This document shows, one piece after another, positions 13,850-24,914 of a stretch of DNA of 64,000 bases (positions are counted from its first letter, which is position 1; the number at the start of each line of letters is the position of its first letter). The notes under the pieces are model-generated. The model did no database searches. It saw only the letters and a list, made by a program, of their open reading frames with translations, and was not told the origin of the DNA. The stretch spans positions 1-64,000 of the forward strand of contig ADNK01002468.1 in NCBI GenBank assembly GCA_000320545.1. The letters run 5' to 3'. A program made the position numbers and the translations under genes. The DNA is from Bigelowiella natans CCMP2755 (lineage: Eukaryota > Protista > Cercozoa).

Positions 13850-14641
13850 CTTCTTCTTGTGGTTGTCATTGGCACCACCTTCGCTGCTCCTGTAGAGGAT
13901 TAAATAGTGAGGTTGCATCACACAGAATTCCAACAACATCCACCTACTTCGGGTCCCGCATCCGCTTCGCTGCTGTAGCGATGGCGCGCAACGAAGGGCA
14001 GTGCTCACTTTGCGGAATGGGGCGAGGACATTTGTGAGCTTGGGAGGACATGAGCTCCCTCCCACCCCCTCACCCCGGCCCACAAGATGAGGAGAAGAAC
14101 CGAAGAAGCAAGCCGTAGATTCGAGGTTCAAAACAAACCAAGAGAGTGGTGATGAAGGACGATTTTTCACAAAGAATCAGCTCGATCGCCTTGTCGCTAT
14201 GGGAAAATGAAACTCGTTCGTGGGCGGAAGAAGTCCGAATCTGCAGTCGAAATCACTTTGCATGTACGACAAACATATATCCTTTGTCGCAGGGATAGAA
14301 AAAGCCCAGAAGGGTCGTACGAGAATGCGAAAAACGTAACGCAACATACGAGAATAACTCCGAAATCCGAACCCTAACCCGATACCCCAACCCAAATCCA
14401 CCCGCCTTTCATTGCGTTCACGTCGAAAGGAAGAACAATGTGAGCTTCGATTTTGTAGATTTACCATTGGGTGTGTTAGATTTAGTTTGTAGTGTGTGTA
14501 GTCTGTGTGTAGGGGGGGGGGGGGGGGGTAGTTTAACGCTTTCTGTGCTGATTGGACTACTTTGCAAGGTTGATGCAGGAGGCGGCAGCTGTGCAGAGCG
14601 ATCCACGCCGAAAGTAGTGGATTCTGATTGGATAGATAAAC

Positions 14642-15791
14642 ATGGAGAACTCTAAAGAAATGGACAAATCCCAGGACAGAAAGAAATCTGGCAGCGCAGA
14701 ATTTGACCTAGGATATATAAACGCTCTTCAGGAAATTGGGCGTAAAGAGCACTGGTGGGTGAATTCAACGGAGATCCACCTCAAAGGGGACTCACCTGCC
14801 GTTGGAGACGTTTCAAATGTTTACAGGGCGGAATGGCGTAAGGCTTCTATAGTAGTGAAGTGTGTAAAAAATACTCTCAGGTCAGCACTAACTCCAAGCT
14901 AGTTACATATCGCAGGCCTCGTAACAATATCTATTTTGCTGATATATACAGTGATACCAAGAAGAGGATGGAGGAGCTGGTAAGAGAGATCGCAGTATGG
15001 AAAACGATTCGACATCCTAACATCGTTATGTTCCTGGGAGTCTCCTTTAACCCCGACCTGGTACGAACATCTTGAGTAACATCCACATATAAGAAGCGTT
15101 GCAATGAAATTTTGCGTGCGATAATACCTAATATGACACTGCTACCTCCTACCAGGGCCTCATGGTTCTCCTTGAGGAAATGCCGGGTGGCTCTCTGGAT
15201 AAGTACATGAAACAGAGGACCTCCATTGACAAGACAGAGATCATTAGTATTGCGCACAACGTCGCCAATGCGTGCGCTTTCCTTCATAGCTGCAAGCCCC
15301 CCATTGTCCATGGGGATATCCATCCTGAAAATATACTTTTTACCCAATTCGGTGAGCCCAGAATCAGCGACTTTGGATTAAGCAACTTCGTCGCAGATGC
15401 ACACAGCGAAAAGAAGGTGCGCGACATCATTAGGGAGCTCTACCTGGCGCCAGAGGTTCTCCGAAAAGGGGGGCAGGCCATTTTAGAGTCGGATGTGTAC
15501 GCATTCGGAGTGCTGCTGCTGGATCTTTTTACGATGAAGAGTCTGGAGGAGGAGGGAAGTTTAGATTCTGCAAGCAAAAACGACTCGAAATCGAGCAAAA
15601 TGCGCTATAAAGATGCAACTTCATTTTTGGACGTTACTGTCAAGTTTAAGAAGAGAAGTATCCCTAGCTTCATATATCATATGATAGTCCGATGTATACA
15701 GCCGGACCCTGGAAGAAGGGCTTTATTCTCGGATCTTGCGGATGAGTTTGAGAAACTAGATGAAGGAAAAGCAAAGTGCGCCTTGATGTGA
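14642..15791 (+). CDS. Tyrosine-kinase-like (TKL) protein kinase with atypical motifs, 3 exons
   Basis: VYRAEWRKASIVVK, REIAVWKTIRHPNIVMFLG, HGDIHPEN, DFG, YLAPE and SDVYAFG are present. Introns at about 14881-14951 and 15061-15154. Confidence 0.9.
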
Positions 15792-16714
15792 CGGTGATTT
15801 GAATCTACCAGCTTGAACTTGCTGGAAGAAGTGATTCGTGTAGATGACTAAAAAGTCATATTTTAACCATCTAGTCAAAAAAATCTGGGTAAAAGTTCTT
15901 TATTGACAGCCCATAGTATGTAAAGCAGAACGAATTGTAACTCTTTGAAGAATGGCGTTTCAGTTAGAGTTATTGGACGTTTCATTACAGCGCTGCATGA
16001 TACAGTATAACTAGTGTTAAGCAAGGCAGTAAGAATCATATTGAGTCAACGATAAGTTGAACAGGCAGACATATTTGACACGAATGTAATAAATGAATAA
16101 ATTACATTCGATCTATCAATGGTCATCCGAATGTATCTGTGCAAAGCTACGGCTGCAGCGCTTAAATGGTGTTACGTTGGTTCATGTGTTCATGTGAACT
16201 TTGGCAGTTTAGATTGGGCTGCTCTGCTGAATTAAAGCAAAGATTATTGCAAAGCGAGCGAATATTACTTCACGGCAGGCCGGTGTTAGGCGAAACACAA
16301 GACTACTCATAGCGTTACAGACAATAAACTAGCAAATACCATATGTCCATTGCACATATACACATGATTGCACTGGTGTAGGCTTCGCTCGTGTGTGTGT
16401 CTAAATGCGCATTTACATAGAACGCACACAATCATCTATATCTGCTCAATGTACATGCGCCGCCGCGACATGCCTCGCGTGCAGCATAGCGCCGTCGTTG
16501 TCAAGTTTAGTTGTGTCGTCGTAGTACGAAACTGCTATAAATTCTAGTTGCACGCGCTTGCGGTACGTATTCGCCCTGTATATTTACAGACTAGAGCGCT
16601 GTCTTTGCTAACGATCATTAGTACACATTTATTCACTAAAAACCCATGATGATCCAACAGTTATATGTCTTGTCGTACACCAAAGTTGACATATGGATAT
16701 ATGGAACTCCCCAT

Positions 16715-19700
16715 TCAGTAGGTGAGGGACAAGACTTGGTATTTACCACCTCCGGAGCGTCTCGCGTTGCTGTCGGGGCGCATGGACGCCGCTTCTTCTA
16801 GCGTACGTCGGATATCTGCCTTGCACCTGATGACACCGACTTGCGTTTTACCCTCGATTTGGAGCCACAGCTTACGCTCTCCGTCCTTGGGCTTTCTGCC
16901 TGGAGGCACGAATGTGCCTTTGGTAGTGATGGTACACTCGTAGCGTTCTTCTATATCAGCTACCACGGAGCGCTGCGTCATCTTATACCTCGCATACTGT
17001 GGATAATCATTGATTTCGATCTCGTCAGTGTGGTAGTCTGGATTATTGTTGCCCATTGGAGCCACCTTGAGCTGCTTCCTGATGTTAGCTGCGACGATCG
17101 CCGCCCTCTGGGCTGCGGACGTAGGAAGATTGGCCACGTTGCTGGCGTCCATGACCTTTTTCACCTCTGCTTTGGCTGCAAGGAGGCTGAAATTCGTGCT
17201 GCTGCTTTCATTGCTAGCCTTCGCTTTGATCACCTTCTTTGCAGCCTTGGCAGCTTTCATCGCAGCTGCAATCTGTGCCTTGATCGGATCGATATCCTTC
17301 TTCTTGGCCGCCTCGGCCTCTCGCTTCCTCTCCTCGTCCTCCTTACGCTTCTGTTCCTCGAGGATGTAGTCCTCGTCAGTCTTCTCCTCGACACCATAGC
17401 CGATTCGTTCCCAACGCCTCTCGTTAGCTTGCGCTCGTGCTTCTTCCTCGTCGAATTTGTGGCCGCGGCCGTCGTAGCCCTTATTAGAGTAGTACTGCGC
17501 CTCTCCACGAGACACCTTGGCCTTAAATTCGTCAGCCAGATCCTGAAGATCCTGAGGGATAACTTGCTTGGCTTTCTGCAGGCCAACAACAAGATCGAGA
17601 GCCAGCTGCTCCTCCTCCTTGGAGAGGAAGGTGATGGCGGTCCCCTTCTTCCCAGCCCTCCCAGTGCGGCCTATCCGGTGCACGTAATCTTCGTAGTGTG
17701 TCGGGGCGTCGAAGTTGACGACGAGAACTAGGTTCTTCACGTCAAGCCCGCGCGCAATGATGGAGGTTGCGACCATCAGCGTGCGCAGGCCGTTGCGGAA
17801 GTCCATAATCGCGTAGTCTCGGTCAGTCTGGTCCATGTCTCCGTGCACGCTGAAGCACGGGTAGCCCGCATCTATGAGCTGCTGAAACAAGAAGTCGACC
17901 TCGTCTTTCTTGTTGCAGAACACCAGGATAGATCCGCGGGAGTACCATTTGCCGAGGATCTCGAGTAACCTCTTGAATCTCGTGTCCGGCTCTCTGACCT
18001 CTACGAACTGCGTCACGTTATCTGTAGCCACCGAGCGCCCGCCAATCATGATCTCGATCGGCGACTTCATGCATACCTTGGCCAGCTTCTCGACGATACG
18101 TGGAAACGTCGCAGAGAACATCACCGTCTGGCGGTCCGGCCGGACGTTCTGCACCACACGCATGATCTGCGGCTCGAAACCGAGGTCGAACATCCGGTCA
18201 GCCTCGTCGAGCACGAGGTAGGTGACCCGAGTGAGGTTGGTGACGCGGCCGCTGTTCGCACAAAGGAGGTCAATCATGCGGCCAGGAGTGCCCGTTATCA
18301 CCTCAGCCCCACGTTTCAGCTCGGCAATTTGCTCTGCCACGGATGCTCCGCCGTACACGCAAACTGGGCGCAAGCCTAGAGGTTTGGCAAACTTACGTGC
18401 CTCGAGGTGTATCTGGATGGCTAGCTCGCGGGTGGGCGCGAGGATCACAGCCATAGGCCCCTCGTCCTTCTCCAACGGCCGTTGGTCGAGAATGTGACGG
18501 AACATGGGGAGCAGAAACGCCAGGGTCTTACCAGATCCCGTCTTGGCGATGCCGATTACGTCTCGACCAGACATGATGGCGGGGATGGCGGTCGCTTGGA
18601 TTGGGAAGGGCTTCTTATACTCCAGCCGCTCAAGTGTGCGGTAGATCTTCTTTGGAAGCCCGCAATGGGTCCACTTCTTCACCGGCTTGGGACAGTTCCG
18701 CCCACGTACGCGCACGTTGTCAAGCTCCTTCTTGCACATTTCCTTGACTTCCTCTGGTGTCATCATGGCAACCTCCGGCGACTCTATGTAAAACTTCTTG
18801 CGGAAGGGCTCATAGTCCATCTTCGAGTGGTCGACAGGCTTCAGATCCTTGAGTTTTGGTTTGTTCTTCTCCAGCCACGACAACTGATCCTTCATCTTCT
18901 TCGCGAGTTCCTTGTCGTCAAACATAGCCTCGTCTGTGTAGAACCGATCTTCTTTCTCCTTAGCATTCTTTGCGTCTATCGCGGCCTGCTTGTGCTCGCG
19001 CTTTCGCTTTCTTTTCTTCAGCCCGACCGCGGCCGCCATTTCCTCTTCGCTCTTTGCAGTCCCAATTGCGGACATGAACTGCTCGAGAGGATCGATTTCC
19101 TCCTCCTTCTCCCCCTTTGCAGCGCTGCTATCGTTCTCTTCATTGCTGCTGACTTTCTCGTCGGCGCCTTCCCCTTCTTCTTTTGCCCCTGAAGAGGAGT
19201 CGACATCATCTACGCTGGTCCCCTTCTTCTTCTTCCCCTCCTTCTTCTCACCGGTTCCATCTATCTCCATCTCGTTGGAGGGGGATGTCGATGCGTTGCT
19301 GTCTGAATGTCCCTCTGTTCCTTTCTCCTGCTCTTTCTTCTTCGCCTCTTCGGCTTTTCGTTCAGCCTCTTGTGCACTCTTGGTTACAGCCGCTGCTGCA
19401 GCCTCCGCATCCATCTCCTGCTCTACATTCTCGTCTGCAGTTTTTGCCCCAACCTGGCCAGTAATCAAGGCAAAAGAATGAACAAGAAGCGTCAGCGAAT
19501 ATTTTTAAAGGCATGACGGAAGATGAGTGGGGAATAGGATGCGGAGAAGAATACCCCTGTCATGCATATACATTTAACTAGTGCAAAAGTACAATTACTG
19601 TTAGCCTATCACCACTACAAATCGCTCGCACTACCTTTGGACACCAGATATCTTCGTCGTAACTCCATTCATTGAGGTCAGGATCCCAGAAATTCCAGTA

Positions 19701-20990
19701 AGTCTGCACTCTGTCGGGGGTCGGCGCCTCGCTCTCCACGAACATGCATGGGCCTTGATCTGTTTTCCAGTCTCTCCCCACTATCCATTGCTTCTTAAGC
19801 TTCCAGTAGTACAGAAAGAACTCGTTCTCTTCGTGCTTATACACTGGAGGCTTAAAGCCTATCATCTCCACGTAGACACCCATGAAAGGTGCTCCATCAA
19901 ACTTCTCTTTCGGGCCCTTCATCTCGAAACGCTGGGCCTCTCTAGAGCCCGCCCATGCCTTGATTTCCTCCTCTGAAGGTAAGCGACGGAGAACAAGGTC
20001 TTCAGTTTCTACCCACTCTCCTGTTTCCCCATCATAGAAAGACCAAGGCCGTGCTATTTGGTCGGGAGTGCGAGCCAGCGTGTCCACGAATACTAGCCCC
20101 AGCTCACTCGAGTAATTCTCGCCGATGATCCACTGGCGCTTTGGCCTCCAGTAGTAGAGATATTTCTTGCCGCCCAGTTCATCGTACACTCGGCCTTTCA
20201 GCTCCTTGTTCTCTACGAATGTCCCCAAGAATGGTGCTCCATCGAACTCTTCTGTGCCGATGAGTTCGTAGACAGCCGCTACCCACTTCTTAGGCTGTTT
20301 TAGTTTGGGCGCCTGCATTACTGGCTCCTTAGTGTTCACAACCCCTTCTTCTGAGACATTCCCTTTTGGTAGATCAGCATTTTCTTCCTTCACTGTTACC
20401 TCCGCGTCATCACTACCATTGACAACAACATCCATTGGTTCTCCGCCTTTATCCTCCTCTTTCACCACAATTTTTTCCGATTCTGGATTATTTTTCGCTG
20501 AAGCTTCTGTTAGGGATCCCGCCGACTCATTCTTATTCTTGGTCGCCAACTTGGCCTTGATGGCTGCTAATTGGGCCGCCAAATCAATCTTCTTCTGCTC
20601 TGCAGGGGCAGCGGCTACAGCAGCACCATCTTTTGTTTTCTCGTCCTCCTCCCCCTCAGGTTTTTTTTCTTCCGTGGGTATACCTTTCTTTGCCTTCCAT
20701 AGCTTAAGCCTCTGTCTGCGTTCCTCTAAAAGTTTCTCTTTCTCTTCCTTCTTCTTTGCTTTCTTCTCCTTTTTCTTGTCCTTTTTGCGCTTCTCGCGAT
20801 CTTCCTCGGCCGAGCCCTCATCGCTTGCCCTCCTCTTGTCCTTTTTGGATTTTTTCCTAGATTTATCCCGTTCCCTTGAATCCTCATGATCACTCTTGCG
20901 ACGTTCTCGCCTTGCCTTCTTTGCAGCCTTACGAATCGTGTCTTCTGAGTCGCTGCGAGACTCTGAGCGCCGGCGCGATCGTTTCCCCAT
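16715..20990 (-). CDS. DDX46: DEAD-box RNA helicase DDX46/Prp5, 2 exons (intron 19454-19634)
   Basis: DPLEQFM motif, YEPFRKKFY, AKTGSGKT, PTRELA, DEAD, SAT, HRIGRTGRAG, C-terminal KH-like EINDYPQYARYK, and an RS/K-rich N-terminus. The phase-0 intron joins ...WCPK|VGAK. Confidence 0.95.
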
Positions 20991-21579
20991 TTTTAATTGT
21001 ATCTGATCCGCGTCTAATCACTCGGATAAACGATATGCAACACTTTTGTTGAATGATTTCAATGTAGACTAATGGCAGGAACCAAATCCCAGCGGGGGGA
21101 GCGGGGGCTGGGAAAGACGAGGTGATACCAAGTCGAGTCCGGTGCCAGGGCTTGATTTTGTGAGCCTACTCTGATAGCATTTTTGAAAACATATATTTAA
21201 TTTCAAATCTGTTTTATAGTAGCGACACAAAATATAACGCAAATTCATTGGTCACTAAGACGGCGTTGGTAGAAGGCATTAGGCTGGTAAATTAATCACA
21301 TGGCTGAGGTTCTCGCAACCAGATCAATTCAGAACTTGGATTCTCCGAGGAAGCAGATGGATGAGAAGAATGCAATTTGATTGTGCTAAACGGTAACTGC
21401 CAGGATGCAAAAAAAGGAGGAAATCTAAATGAACCTCGTCCTATGGACTAACAATTAATTTTATGTTGGAATTGATCTGTGATTTGGTGAAACGACATCA
21501 ATTTTCCTGTACGATCCAGGTCGATCGATGTGGCTTGGCACCGCCGGATGTGTGCAAACCTCAACTTTCTCTGAAGATC

Positions 21580-22750
21580 TAGTTGATTGAGGTCACGGAT
21601 GAGTCAGCATAGGTCATCTTTCAACAGCTCCTGTGGAACTGATACGCTTGTTCATTCATACATTCCAGTGTTCATTCATTCGTTCTGTGGAACTGCATGT
21701 GAAGTTCACATCGTTCACTCAGTTTGCATGTTGGTTTTTTTTGCGTGCGTGTCGTGGAGGGTGGGTCCAATGAGGCCAAACTCAAGCGCATGCGTAGCGT
21801 GCAGATTTTCGGCACAATCGCAAGATGTGTGCGTGTCATTTGGCTGGTCAAGCTAGCAATATGTGAACGCGTCTTGTAGTCTAGGCGTGTGCGTGCATGG
21901 ATGGTGTCCAGATCCAGCACGTGACGTGGACGCTGCTAGCTAGCTAGGCTGCACTGGCTAGCTGGCACACCTGGACACGTGTACGAACTGCAACGAATCG
22001 ACGTGATCTTTGCATGCTTTTGATGATGGACACAGTGACATCATGCACATGTGACATGTCTAGATGTGTCTGCATTGCTAGATTGCGTTGTCTGTGAGCT
22101 TTTTGCATGCACCAGTCTAGCAGTGCATGATCATGTCGAAAAGAACAATGATGAAAAACACCTGCGACAAACATGCACAGATCTAGAGATGTTGTGAGCG
22201 CTGTCTAGCTGTGGCCGCAGCATTGAAAAGCTGACCAAAAATTGAAAAATCTAGAAGTTCATGATCACATCATCACATCCGTCTAACGCGTGCAGGTCGA
22301 CTGTTTAGCTGTGTCTGATGAGTGTTTTGTTTGTTGTATACCATGTAGTTGACGGGCGGGTGCTTACCTCATGCGAAATTCATCAGCGCTGTGCCAATCT
22401 AGCAACACAATGTGCGCATGCGTGCTGACTGTCACATGCAGCATAGCAGAGCTAGACTAGCTAGCTAGTCTGGACATTACTAGATTAGCTAGAGAGTCCA
22501 GGAGGCCAATCATGGATATTCCTAGATTTTGCGTGCATTGCGCGAGAACATTTCAAGACAACAATGGTGCGTAGACTTGCAACATGCATTGAGCGCGTGC
22601 AGGTGATCTGTTATTGGCCTAGCTAGCGGGGGTGCAGGCAAAAAATGTGGCGATCTATGCTGCCCATCTAGCCAATTACGCACGCATTTTTCACGTTTCC
22701 GCCAATAAGAACACGCATAGCATGCATGTGGTTGTATTTCTGGCCTAAGT
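21580..22750. repeat. TpA-depleted, CTAG-rich decayed repeat tract, including a LINE 3'-end copy at about 22150-22284 (+)
   Basis: 22197-22284 (gcgctgtctagctgtggccgcagcattg...tcatcacatccgtct) aligns with the family 3' end. TA occurs mainly as ctag/gctagc. Confidence 0.65.
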
Positions 22751-23088
22751 ATGAAGTATGCAGTGATTATCTCGTGTATACTTTAATAATGATTAAATAT
22801 TATTAGTAGATGTGTTATGACTAGATATAAGTGTTTACTACTCCTTCAGCAGAATTTTGGGGTGACATCATATGTGGACGCAAAACTTAAAATACGTAAA
22901 CCAAATATTCTACGCAATTTGTTTGAGTATTAGGAGTAGCTAATGACGTAGAGTAACTAACTTTTAAACAACTTGGTCAAACCTGTTCTACGCGCAAGCT
23001 ACATAAGCGTAAAAGAGTGCTGTTAAAGACGTTTCTTCAAAATCAGAAATTCTTATTTTACGGCGATATTTCTGCATTATAATTATTT

Positions 23089-24301
23089 TCATTTGAATTG
23101 AGACGCGGAGTTCGAGTCTGGATCTTTATCCTGAAATTACGTGACAAATAAGCGTGAAAGAGATGCCAGCTGAGCGGAAGCGGATATTCAATCATAACAG
23201 AGAAAAATGACGACTAGGGGAGTGTAGATTGTGCAAGAGTTGGTGAGTGAATCAGTGGACGAGTGAGAAAGGGGGGACAATGTGACGAAGAAAAGGAATA
23301 TAGACAGGGAGCCCTTGTTCTAGTGCAAGCATGGTCACGACGATACAATTCGAATGGAACGACGTCTGAGAGTGGGTTCGAGGATTCATAATAAATAATT
23401 TACGTTCTTGCCATCATTGCTAGGGTTGCTTGTTCTAGACTGGTCCTCAAAAGATGGGTCACTTCTTTTGTTATTGGGAATCCGAGGCGCAGGTTTTTTG
23501 AAGGAGCCAGGCGGCCTAGGAGCGGGTCTCATGAAGGCACTGCTTCCTCCACCTAATGACTTTCCCTCCGTCTTTTTTGATGAACTTGTTGATGACTTTG
23601 AGTCTCCCTTATTGCTAGACCTTTCTCCTGGTGTGAAAGAGACGCTCTCTATGCATGCCTGTGGGGGAAAATTTTCACTTATTCATCCCTTACGCACGTG
23701 GTGCATGATGCGAGCTTCAATTTACCGAATAAACTGCTCTTGCTCGATTGTTATGGCCTGGTGTCATTGGAAGTACCATGTGGCTTTCGGTTCTCTGAAA
23801 CCTATGTGCGACATATTTTCATTTTTTCATTTCAAATAAACGTAATACGTGAGAAGTGGCGAGAGAGGCAAATCGATGTCACGAGAGCGGAAACAATGAA
23901 CGTGGTATACCCTGCTTGCTGGAGAATGACCAATGATGTATCAGATAACTTTCCTTTCACCTTCGAAAAAATAGAATTCATTGAGACTACGAAACCATAA
24001 ATCAGAGGAATTTCTTCTCATCATGTGTGGTGTGTGGTTGCACCTTGTTTAAATTTATTGATCTCCATTTTGGATTCGTGTGGTCCTCTACGCACCTCTC
24101 CTGGTAATAAGTAAGCAGTATATCAGGACCATCTTCAACTCACACAGATGGTTCGAAAATTTTCTTTTCGGGGCAATAAGATGAGAAATAAAATAGAAGA
24201 ATGCTTCCCAGCCACTCGAATCTCCTCTAGCAGAGTGCCGACTAAGTACCGACCAAGATTCGCATCAGCAGCTTTGTTTCCTCCCCACTCAGGTATGACA
24301 T
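23089..24301 (-). CDS. PUB-domain protein (putative p97/Cdc48 cofactor) with a low-complexity tail; about 6 small exons
   Basis: Spliced translation MSYLSGEETKLLMRIL|ERCVEDHTNPKWRSINLNK|VKGKLSDTSLVILQQAG|FQRTESHMVLPMTPGHNNRARAVYS|ACIESVSFTPG... with all junctions GT-AG and phase-compatible. It fits the PUB pattern (L..I...P...K.R.I...N...V.....L...GF.....LVL). The last exon is uncertain. Not in the ORF track. Confidence 0.7.
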
Positions 24302-24914
24302 GATGTGAGGTTTAAAGTGATCCCTTTATTGGTTTTCAGGGCTGGTGCAGGATTGCTCTTTTAGTGGCCAATCCCTCCCTCGGAGGCTAAACTCGTGGTT
24401 GGCTTCTGTGGCTGTGGCTGTGTGCAGTCGAAGGATAGATTCATCCCTAATAATTCCTTTCATATTTTAATCCAGTCGGCTTTTAATCATCTGCGACAAA
24501 TAAAACGTGAATCAAAATGGCAATGTTCGCCTGGATTCACTGCATTGAAAGATGAATATTCTTCGAATTTGACTCTGGCAGTTCCTTCTTTCCTTTCTTT
24601 TCCCGACGACGCAGCTTACTCTTTTTTATGATTTGGCAAAAAGGCCATGCAAAGTCAGCTTCTGTACGATGTTTTCCCGATGATCGTCGAGTTGGAATTC
24701 GGAGCCAGTGTACAGTGTAGTGTGAAGCAATATCAGAAGACTGATGCCCTTGAGCGACACCGCCTACTTCTAACATCATACTCATAATACGAGTACGCCA
24801 AAGGAAGGGGTGAAAATCGAATAAATGCAGGTGATTTTGTACACTATCTCGATACTGCCCGGGGTTCAAGAATGGATGGCCTCACGTGCATCGATAATTA
24901 GACTCTAGTTCCCC

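Noticed and set aside
14368-14402. Telomere/telo-box-like aaccctaacc in the Lines-kinase spacer
   Set aside because: Fewer than two perfect units, so it cannot be distinguished from chance.
16841-19481. Long + strand ORFs (296, 236 and 163 aa) opposite DDX46
   Set aside because: Antisense shadows of a GC3-rich CDS with no recognisable motifs.
21300-21600. Short ATG ORF (MAEVLATRSIQ...) divergent from DDX46
   Set aside because: Only 26 codons, with no consistent spliced extension or recognisable domain.
22690-22752. Possible DNA-transposon terminus (...tctggcctaagta), and similarly ...ccctgtata at about 16575
   Set aside because: No partner inverted repeat was found in the window.
24395-24870. 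ORFs between the PUB gene and the monooxygenase
   Set aside because: No motifs and non-ATG starts. More likely promoter or spliced 5' UTR.
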